The position numbers and the translations under genes were made by a program. The notes below the pieces were generated by a model, which was given only the letters and a program-made list of their open reading frames with translations, was not told where the DNA came from and did not search any database. A DNA stretch of 64,000 bases from Macrostomum lignano (lineage: Eukaryota), in contig NIVC01002156.1 in the NCBI GenBank assembly GCA_002269645.1, positions 1 to 64,000 of the forward strand. Reading direction: 5' to 3'. The number at the start of each line of letters is the position of its first letter. Positions within the stretch are counted from its first letter, which is position 1. Below are positions 1 to 10,961 of this stretch, piece by piece.

Positions 1-481
1 ATGATCATTTTTAACGACGAGACAGAAACTGCAAGAAGTTAATAGTTTGCGATTATGCTAACGAGAGGCTCTGTATTTTCTTGCTTTCCACTTAAACCGA
101 TGGATCAAAGCTTAGCTCAAGTAAAGCGGTTATTGACCGAAGAATGTGAATATCGTAACTCGTCGTTTGTAACAGTTTTCTCAAAAATTCTTTTACTTGA
201 AGATATATGTATACCTAATATTTCATTTATAAATTTTATAAATATTTATATTAATCTTAATTTTGGTGCTTGCTTATCTAAATCTTTTTAATTGCAAGCA
301 GAATGTTCAATCGCCATAGCGTACAGAATTTTTCACGTTTTTTGCTACGCTGCATTTTTACATATCTATTGTACTTTCAGTACCGCATGGCAAGTGTTTG
401 TCGTATTTAACAGTTAAAATTTATTTCTTTATTTATTAGTAATCGTTACACATTGTTTTTTGGTTCCAAGTAGCTCGTACT

Positions 482-1486
482 TATACTCAGCAGCAGTCAA
501 AAGTGCTATCCAACTTCCACTTCTCAATTAAAATTCAACCACGAGTTTTACGTAACTATGTAGCCAAGTCAAGGGACAGTAACAGGGTAACAGTCTATCT
601 CAATAGAGTGCTTTATTTTTAGTTTTTTTCGGTAATGTAGGAAAATAGCCAAATCAATTTGCAAAATTACCGATTCGGAGTTACCAAAGACCAAGTTAAG
701 TGCATCATAGTTAATTTAAGTAGCAGAATCGTTTGGTTCTGTATACTTTTTATGCCCATGTACTCTGCCAAGCGCAGGCAGTCTTCTCTTTGCTCAAGTG
801 CGTCTTTCAATCGCTGCTTAATCCTCAGCGGATATTCTGGCTCGGCGGCAGCCATTTACTGTTGAGTTGGCATTGTCCCACCAGGTTTGGCCTTTTGTAT
901 CCATCGTTGTCACTGCGCAACAGATTAGCGCTCTTATTGGCTAATTTACAATTTGAACTGGTGTTTGCACTTGACTTGTTAGATAATTAACTGGTTTTTG
1001 ACCTTGCATTGTTATAGTATCCTCAGGAGAATTTTATAACAAAAAACATCAGCCCTAAAGGCCAGCTATATCGCCTAAGATATCTGTATCTCCTTTGAGC
1101 TTTGGCATCAACGCCTCCCTTTAGGCCATTATTTAATCCTATTTCTCCCTTCGATCTACCTTTGGCTTGGCCTACCAAAAACTTCAAAATGAACCTTCTA
1201 ATGAAACTTCCAAATATCTCATTAACACTCCCTAAACCGCCACAGCATTTCAGCAATTCCCCCATAAGCTTTGACATGTCAGGGATCCTCCTGAGAGCCT
1301 CAGCAGATTTGGCTATTTGCCAGATAAACTGAATTTTATGCATTTGGGATGTGGAACTTAAGTTGGATATAGTACGTGACCGAAAATGCCTATAAAGTGT
1401 GTACAGTTTTTGTAAGCTATCTAAAGTGCAAAATTTTCGACTTGCGTGAAGGGTAGCACTAGCACTTTTGACTATTGCTGAATATA
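482..1486. mobile_element. Possible old TIR element (27-bp inverted repeats) enclosing coding-like remnants
   Basis: 482-508 tatactcagcagcagtcaaaagtgcta vs 1460-1486 tagcacttttgactattgctgaatata: 24/27 match as inverted repeats, both ending in TA. Confidence 0.4.
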
Positions 1487-2567
1487 CGCGCCAGAAAATT
1501 CAAGATTTTCTGTCGTTGTGGTGCTACTAAACTTAAGACACACATAAGTACGTCGTAAAATATTAGACTCATTTACTCGCCATATATTTTTGTAGGGTCC
1601 CACCTCGAGAACAAACTCTATGTGCCTTGCGTCCTATTGTCATGCAACTATATAGTCCATTGTGTAATAATTTACGCATGCTCAACATCTGCATCGTAGC
1701 TCTCGTCATTGAGGCACAGTGCTTTTCGAAAGCTGTAAATCTTACACTGCGTCCCATTGCTAGCCGTGTGTGCAGGCCTAAGTTGTCTCGTCTTGTTTGT
1801 GGGTTGTTTGAAAGGCTCATTTACAGGTATATAACTTTAAGTGAGTTGTGCGTACTTTTACGCTTAGAATTCACTCGTAATTAAAATAAAGCAAGTGTAT
1901 CTTGCTTCTCTTGCTTGTATTTTTTGTGTGCTTATTATTGTAAAATTAATTCTTTTGGCGCTTTTGCAGCATGTTTAATAATAATTTGATAAGTTTAATA
2001 CCGAGTGAAAAAGTTTGCTTAAAAGTTCGGAATGCTTGTGCTTTTATTTTGATTCAACTCCAAACTTCTTTAGCTGTGTATTTCAACATCTAGCTAGGTT
2101 ATTGCAATATTAAATGAAGTTTTAGTATATGTTTGCCTTTATAATAGATCGTCCACTGAAAAGTTGCAAAGATTTACTTTGATACCTTAACTAATTGTAG
2201 CTCGTATCTAACTGATAGCTAAATAGAACTTCCAATGTGTGTACTAAACTTGTGTGCTTCGAATGGTTAAGACCAAAAGGACTAAAAACTGAGAAACTGT
2301 TTGTGGCCTATTGCAAGGTCTAAACTCACTTTAAGACTCTAATGTACGAGCTCGTAGAAGCACGCAGGAGTTCCCTGAAATTGTCTACTAGCTAGCCGCC
2401 CTGACCCCTGATCCTTGAGATGAGATACTCGTAGAGCTGGTAGAGTTGCAGTGTGGTGACAATATAAGATGTCGCCTACTGATTACTTGTACTTGCATTG
2501 GTTCAGACTAATTACAGAAAAATGATTGAATTTTTGTTTATATTCATGCCGGACGCTAACCGCAGCC

Positions 2568-3629
2568 ATGTCCAGCGATACCCACCGCATGTGCATTGTC
2601 AGATCCTGTTACCAAGCGTCTGATAGCGTGAGTCCTTATTCCGGATTCGCTCTGTGTCAGCAACATCTTGGTAGCGATCTTGAACGGCTTGAACAGAGAG
2701 AAACTGAAGTTTTAAATAAACTGAATACTGTCGCGGCTAATTCGGAGAAGCAAACTTTTCGACTAGAACAGCAAGCGATTCAAATAGAAATGCAAGAAAT
2801 TGACGACATGTTTGAATCTGTGCAGGCGAGGCTCCAGCTGTGGAAAGAGCAGCTGGTTTCCAGTGTCCAACAGATCCACGATGCATTTGCTAGTAGGCTG
2901 AGAGATGTCGCCGATGCTGAGCATTGTCTGAAAGACATTCATTCGGCACGGTCCAACGGGAAGTTGCGCAAAGTGATGAAGCTAATACTGTCTGTTGAAA
3001 GCTTTGCCGATGAAGCCGTCGATAGATCGGCAATTTTTGACGACTTTCGAGCAAGGCTTCGTGAAATTACAATGGAACGCGATAAGGATAATGACTCTGA
3101 TGACGATGATGGTGATGAAGATGAAGACGAGTCTTCGAAAACTACTATCTATCGATGCATTGGTGATGTGTCATCTGAGGTGCAGATGCTACAATCACTG
3201 ATTGACAAGCATATGCATAGTGTAATGGAGTATTGCCAAATTGACGGCGAATCGCCAGACAAGCCAGTTTGTCCGCCTTTAAAGCAGTCAATTACTCTTC
3301 CAGGAGAGCCGCGTTATCTAACTCTGTGTACGAACACAAGTGGATACGTGTGCAACATGAATGACTGCGTGGTTTCGCTCAAGTCTGTTGCGAACGCCTC
3401 TTATCGAGAATTACCAATGCCTACTATCTTTGTTGCGCTAAGGCCAGGTAGCAGTTCTTTACTGCTGGGCGTTTCTTTTAACATGCGTCGCAAGTTTAAA
3501 CTAATCTGCGAAAAATTCGACTGGAACAAAGCTATTACCGGCCTTCATTGTGACAATTTGCGTCAGAGATTATTTTTAGCTCAGGAGCACGCAGTGACAG
3601 TGTCAGATTTGACAGATTTGTGTTTTTGA
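2568..3629 (+). CDS. Intronless TRIM-like protein: degenerate B-box-like Cys/His motif, coiled coil, acidic insert, short NHL/beta-propeller-like C-terminus (353 aa)
   Basis: Open frame 2526-3629, likely start gcagccATG at 2568. The motif C-x4-C-x15-C-x2-H (CIVRSC...LCQQH) is followed by about 130 aa of heptad-like helix (LERLEQRETEVLNKL...), a D/E run, then beta-rich sequence (PRYLTLCT, AITGLHCD..RQRLFLA). No RING domain seen. Family call is inference. Confidence 0.65.
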   Translation: MSSDTHRMCIVRSCYQASDSVSPYSGFALCQQHLGSDLERLEQRETEVLNKLNTVAANSEKQTFRLEQQAIQIEMQEIDDMFESVQARLQLWKEQLVSSVQQIHDAFASRLRDVADAEHCLKDIHSARSNGKLRKVMKLILSVESFADEAVDRSAIFDDFRARLREITMERDKDNDSDDDDGDEDEDESSKTTIYRCIGDVSSEVQMLQSLIDKHMHSVMEYCQIDGESPDKPVCPPLKQSITLPGEPRYLTLCTNTSGYVCNMNDCVVSLKSVANASYRELPMPTIFVALRPGSSSLLLGVSFNMRRKFKLICEKFDWNKAITGLHCDNLRQRLFLAQEHAVTVSDLTDLCF

Positions 3630-6383
3630 ATTGTATAATCCTATACTTCCATCTTAGGAATACGTCGAAAAGCATTAGTTTATCGACGCCTAGTTGCTTT
3701 AGCTTTGTTTGTTAGTGTTTGAAGTCTAGCTTTACACTGTATACTCGTACTTTTATTAAACCTAAATATGATACTTGTACTTCGAAGCAGTGCCCTGCTG
3801 TTCCTTGACTCTGGTTGTTGTTTTTTTATTCACATTATCTGCTTCTAAGTTTAGTCCGCCAAAAATATCTAATTAGCGAAGATACTAAACAAACAAAACA
3901 GTACTTGCGATTCTGAAAAAGATATTTAAGGCGGAATGGTTAATAAAAAGACGACTGAATGATTAATTGTTAATCGTTTATAAAAAGTATTTTGTTATAA
4001 CAAGTTAAACACACTTATTTTGATAAAAATTGTCGAACCAAGCGCCATCTGAGTGCCATTAAAAGCGCGCGAGTATGATAATTTCTGAACTTGTTTTTAG
4101 AAAACCACAGCTAACTTTCTTTAAATCTTCCAGCTAAGCGTCATGTACATCCTGGCCTATTCTATGTTGAAATATCCTTTGAATTTTACTAATAGGTTTC
4201 ATTAATACCAATTCAGGCATTATATCATTATTGTTGATTTTTAGTATGAGTCGAAATCATAAGCTGCTGTATCTTGCGTTTGCTATGCATACTTGCTTAT
4301 TTACGAGCGTATTTGTTTTTTTGTTGATCGAAAACTGTATTTTTCGCTCTTTTAGAATTAGACTATACTAACTATGGGGGGTAACCTAATAATTAAGCGT
4401 TTCCTATTTATTTTTGTTTGCTAATTAATCTTGTGTAAATTTTAATTATGGGCCCGATTTGTTAGTTTTGATTGCTACAGTACATGCTTCTATTACTGTA
4501 GCATTTAAATACATTGTGACGGGGGACTTGTGGAAAACTTCATTGTTTTACTATCATTTTTACTATTAGTAGACTACTACATAAGTGTATCATATTTTGT
4601 ATGAATTCTGTGTACATTCATTGAATCGGCTTTTATATGTCGGCAAGTGATGAATTTTTAACAAATCAATAATTTTGCCCAGCGCCCATCGTAACTCTCA
4701 GCCAATTACAATTCGCTGTATCATCTATCGTTTTATATTAACTGTTCGTTTTTCGTCGCTACTCTAAATAAAATAAAATAAACTTGGCCAACTAAGCAAG
4801 CAAAATATATCAATTCAATTGAATATTGGACTGCGCTATACTTGCATTTTTCTTCGGTCTTGTTCTGCCAAGGACTGCCAGATTAAATTGTCACAACATA
4901 TATGATTTCAACGTACGTTTTTTCACATTTTTACTGTGCACTCAAGTGCTATTACAAAGATATAGTCACTTACATGGCAGTTACATGTAAGTTTTTGCTT
5001 TGTTTAACTTTTTTACTAAACAGTTAGATAAAAATGTGCACGTACAGTTCAGTCCAGATCGATCTTGGCTCGCGCGTCCGCTCTGCAGCTTTTACCTGGG
5101 CTTCACGCTCGTACATGTAGCTATAACTCAATTCTTACCTAATTCATGCCACAGAACGACTAAATAAATAGAAATACAAGGATCATATTAAAGGATCTGA
5201 ATAGGGCCGCATATATCAAATAAGCCCGCAGAAAGCACTCAGATTTTGATTGATACATCGACCTACATGTAGATTGATACGCGTACTTTTCAACTATACA
5301 GCTGCATAAAAATGGACCAGGAAGGTGATTTAATGTGAACTTATACCGTGCCCACAACTACTGAGGAAAAAACAGCATTCTTTCTGTTTAATTACTCGTG
5401 TACATGTACAATATAAACAGCTAGTAGTTAAAGTCTGCAGAGCTCTGCTCAGTGCTTACGGTCCCAATGCCTAAATGAGTGTTAACATCACCGATTCCAT
5501 TAAAAGTGTAGGAATGGGAATAGGAATAGGACTAGTAATAAGGAATTTAGTCAGAATTATTGCTTAATCAATTATTGCACAGCTCCCCACTGCATTTACA
5601 TGATCCATGCATATGGCGACGCCAAATGATGGAGCTGAGTATTTGTTACTCGCCACACTGCACCTCACCGATCGCGTACATTATACATGTGTAAGCACCA
5701 CTGCAGTGGCAGTTTTAAAAACATTACGGTAATGCCGCCATTTTCATGCAGTTAGCACTACAAATACTCTGACATTGAAACTTATTTGATAGTATTGTAA
5801 TTTTACAAGTCGAAATTAATTATTATTGCTAGTATTATAATGCATGAGTATTCTAAATGTCAAACTCTAAAGTTGGTTTACAAAATTACTGTTTTGTTAA
5901 AGTTTGTTTTTTCTTTAAGGGGTTTTTAATTTTCTTTATTTCTTATAAAATCGTGTTTCCTGTAAAGCGTTAGCAAGTGAATAGGGTAGGAAAGAATTGG
6001 AGTAGTGCACATTGTGCTTGCGCAAGCAGTGTATTTGTATTATAGGCTTCTTGTCGGGATAATTTAATTTGCCTATAAAAACTCTTTATTTGACCTATCT
6101 AGTCTATTGTTTACCGAGTAAATTAATTAGGACATACACCGACACCGAGTCACCGACTTACTACCTATATTGAACTTGAATGAACATTAGGCCTAATTAA
6201 AATAGTAAAATATTCAATAAATCCCATATACTTAATCAAACGTAACGACGAACGGGATAATTTAAGCTGCACCTTAAATTTTTGGCTTGGTGTTTTCAGT
6301 TCTAGGATGGTTTTGTAGGATGAGTTTTTCTTTGTGACCAGTGACCACTGACCACCCAGTTAAAAGCCTTTCTGACTAGTCTA

Positions 6384-6518
6384 ATGCCTGAGCAAGTTGT
6401 TCGAATTGGTGTGACAGATTTTGTCACATATACATATGAAGATTTGCAGGATGCAACCAACAGTAGATTCATTCAAAAAATATTACAACTAAGGAAAACT
6501 GTGGATTCAATTTCTTAT
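6384..6518 (+). CDS. ASAP1: ASAP exon 1 (N-terminus)
   Basis: [45 protein letters not shown] resembles the ASAP2 start (MPDQISVSEFVAETHEDY..); donor gtatgt at 6519, phase 0. Confidence 0.85.
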
Positions 6519-9500
6519 GTATGTCAATTTTTTTATTGCCTAATTTTTTATATACAACCCATTTTACCTTTTTGACTATTGCCTAAGCAATAAATAGGGC
6601 CCTATCTTTTTATGACAGTATGACATGAATCCTTATTAATATTCGGCTAGAGCCTAGGTATGTTACAAATTTGAATATCAAAAGAATATGCTATTATATG
6701 CCTGGATGGAATTCTTGCAGAAAAATCACAACGCGTTATGCAATTGAGCGAAAAAAATGCGATTTTGCATAAAAAAATCCAGAAAAAATGTGTTGCAGAA
6801 TTTCAGACAAAATTTCTAATTCTTAATATATGCAAAAGTGCGCTTGAGATATTGGATTTTGCAAAAGATAATCTTACCAGCTAATATCACAAAGAAAAAT
6901 AAAAAGTAAAAACTAAATAAGGCACAAAAGTAAAAATTAAAAAAAATTCTATAAAAAGTAGAAACTCGTAACATTCTCTAACATTCATATTTGGACAAAA
7001 ATTCAAATTACTACATTATCTTAGAATGCATTTTTCATTATTGTCTTTCGTTATTTTGTTATTTCGTTATTTTGCATGTGCTAAGTACCAAAATAAAAAA
7101 TGCGACCAATAAAAAATATTTTGCGTGCCATAAAAAATCGCATAATTCCATTTGACTTAAGAAATACAAGAATTCCATCCTGGCTTATATGCTTATTTTA
7201 TTATACGCAATTTTGAATTTTTCAAAAAAAGAATTCTTGCATAAAAGTTATTATGCCTCTATGTGTGCTTTCAAATTTGTCTACAGGTGTATGTTGAAAA
7301 TGGGCCTACCTGCTTGCATACTTTAAAAATATATATATAGTACTTATGTACATTTGTACAAAAAGCTATTTGCTACATAATTATAATGCATAGGCCTACA
7401 ATACAGTTATAGTAATAGTAGCTTCTATATTTCTTCAGTTTACCTTGTGCTCTTGATTGTTTACTTTCTTATGAAATTTAGTCTAGACTTCTCTCTCTTC
7501 CTATTTTCATTCTGATTAGTTTTCACTTTAACTTCCTAGCCTTTTCTATCCTTTTATTCCATTTGTATAGCTAGCCCCTTCTTTTTGTATGCTCAAATTA
7601 AAAGCCAACTTCTCAGTTCTTAATGCCCTAAACCCTAATTACTTTCTTTTATTTTTAACCAAAATGTCAATATTCAAATCTTAATCTATTTTAAATCTTT
7701 ACCCTACATCAAAGTGACTAATTAATATTTCAATTATCAATTTCCAATTCTAATTCAAATTATATATTCTATTCTTAACATTAACTAGAGATGTTCCAAA
7801 ATTTTGATTTAAATTTAAATTTTCTAAAATTTGCATTTTTAAAGCAAATTTTAATTTCTAAATAATTTGGAAATCAAAATTTTAGAAGTGCCTACTTCCA
7901 AACTTCTTATCTGATGTTAGTTTTTTTAGAACTTTGTTACTGCTTTCATTAGTGATATTATTACATTTTTTACATGTAAAACTATTTGAATTTGTTAAAA
8001 CTGTTCCATACATATAGAACATACATATAGGGCTGTATGCAGAAAGCTCTGTCTAGGGTAGTCCGGTCTTGAAAAGCTAGTCTGGACTTGGATTTGGTAT
8101 GCAGAAATGCAAAGTTAGACCGGTCTACTATAGCAGAACTAGGGTAGCTGGACCATAGACTATAGACTGAACTACCCAAGTCTGGACTAGCTAGTCTAGA
8201 CTAAGCTTTCTGCATACGACCCATAGTTTGTGGAACTGTAAATTTTTCAATTCTAATTCAAATTATATATTCTATTCTTGACATTAACTAGAGATGTTCT
8301 AAAATTTCCATTTAAATTTAAATTTTCTAAAAGTTGCATTTTTGAAGCAAATTTTAATTTCTAAAGAATTTGGAAATCAAAATTTTAGAAGTGCCTACTT
8401 CCAAACTTCTTATCTGATGTTAGTTTTTTTAGAACTTCATTACTGCTTTTATTGGTGATATTATTACATTTTTTACATGTAAAACTATTTGAATTTGTTA
8501 AAACTGTTCCATACATATAGAACATACATATAGTTTGTGGAACTAAATTTTTGTAAATTTTGTTGCACTTTAAAGCTGTAAAAGCATCTGCTGATATATT
8601 GCACATTTTTGCATAATACAATACAATAATGCATATGTACATTTACCATACATGTACATGCATTATTGTTTACACAATCTCAGTTTATTGCTAGTCATGC
8701 AGTGATACATGTATATTTTAACTAAATTTTATACATGTACAACTGAGTACACGTAGTTTTTGCATTGAAAAAAGTTTTTGCATTTAAAGTGGCAATGAGG
8801 GATTCTACTTATTTAGTGGCTAAAAAAAACTAACTTCTGCTAAACATACATATATTTTGTTTTGCATGAGCAGTAAATTTAAAGTAAAAAAGTGAGTGTT
8901 GGTTGTACTAAACTTTGTTTTTCTGAATTTTGATTTCAACTATATAGCTGCAGTATTAATTAATTATTTAAAATTGTATTAATTTGACAAATAAATAAAA
9001 TACAACTTAAGAAAAGAAAATTAAGCAATTATTTATACCTATTAAGAAGATAGTATAAAGGGGTTCTATAGTGCCAGCTGGTTATTAGGGATTGCTAATT
9101 GAGTTTGTTGATAGATGGGACCTAGTGCTATAGTATAGTTAGTCTATAGTGCTGTGGGTGATATTGCTAGTATATGTATCTTAGCTACACAAATGATCTG
9201 ATTGGATAGCTGTCTATGAGCCCATGTTGGCATAGTGTAGATTGGTTTTTTATAAGATATTATGTCATTTTTGGGAACAGTAAGGCTGCTAATGGGTTAG
9301 CTACATTTATTATATAATAGCAACAGCAATGCAATGAGATTAAGAAGTAATGATAGTAGATAGTGGATAATAGTGCTTTCAGGCATCTCTATTAATAGCA
9401 TAAAAGCATGTAAAACATTCACAAAGAGGCTGCTCAACATCTCATTGGACTATTTGTGGAAGGGTTTTTGTTGGTTAGTGAATAAGAGCAAGGCAATGGT

Positions 9501-10704
9501 TCTTTTAGTAGGATAATTAATGGAAATTAGATTGGGGATTCAAACAAAGAAAAAGAAGAGGCATGATTTGTATCATTGTCATCATCACCATATATTTATA
9601 GATTTGTAAACGGTTTCTAGAGTTTTCTAGAAAGATTGAATGCATCCTAACAAACTGGTTTTGACTTTTAGAAATCTAACGAAATTTTGAAAAAGTTATT
9701 AAAGTATGATATAGTAGCAGTATTCATAGAATATTTACTATGTACTAACAAGGCATTTAGGAACAATAGTCTATAATTTCTCAGTAATATTGAGTATCTA
9801 TTTATTTATTAATATAAATAAGAGCTTATCTAAGCCATATAATAATAGGCTCTTAGCATAAAAAATGTTTGCTAAACAAATATTAAAAAATAAAATAATT
9901 TAATTATTGCCATTAGTATTTTTTGTCCATTTTTTAAATCTTGTTATTCTGTTTGAATATATAAAGTATATATAAATTTCAAAACTGTACACAGAATCTT
10001 GTTTCAAGCACAAAGAATTGTTATTTGAGCAAATAAAAATCTAAGTTATTTTAACTGGACTCTAAGCTACAATACTATATAACCTCCTGAGTAAATAGTC
10101 TTGTCTTCTCTGAACTTTGTCAATGCTAATAAATATTTTTATAATTTAATTTTTGTTTTAATACCAAGGGTAAGATGATAGTGTATCATCTTTAACATGT
10201 ATATATATACTCTTAACAGATTCTAAAATAGTATTTCCTCAATTCAAGACAAAAAATTCAAAGTAGAATACAAACAAAATACAAATTTTAAATAAAAAAT
10301 ACCTCTCATTAATAGGACTTGGACTTAGACAAAGCAGCACTGAACAAGGTTCGCAAATCAGTGAAAGCTGTTTATGGATCTGGAAAATGTAAGTTATATT
10401 TTGTAATTTAACTACTGGCATTATTTCTCGCATAGTAACACTTGCACCCCTGTCTTGCACCTGCAGCGCACATTCAAAGCGAAAGCGATCTGTCTAATTT
10501 GCTAGCCGAGCTGGGCAACTATGCCATCGACGAGGGCGCCGACTCTGTTGGCAGCGCGCTGTCCAAATTCTCTGTTGTTACCAAGGAAACGAATTCTTAT
10601 TTTGCTAATTTGGTATGCTCTGCTGCTGGCGGTTGATGTCACTTTTTTAGTGTTTCTTAGATGGATATATATATAGATAGATAGATAGAAGGATAGATAG
10701 ATAA

Positions 10705-10754
<50 letters not shown>

Positions 10755-10760
10755 TGATAA

Positions 10761-10849
<89 letters not shown>

Positions 10850-10896
10850 AGGATTAGAAGGGTAGATAGATAGATGGATGGATAGATAGATAGATG

Positions 10897-10961
<65 letters not shown>

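Noticed and set aside
1023-1343. 106-aa minus-strand ORF
   Set aside because: No recognisable motif and it cannot be joined in frame to neighbours; kept only as interior of the possible TIR element
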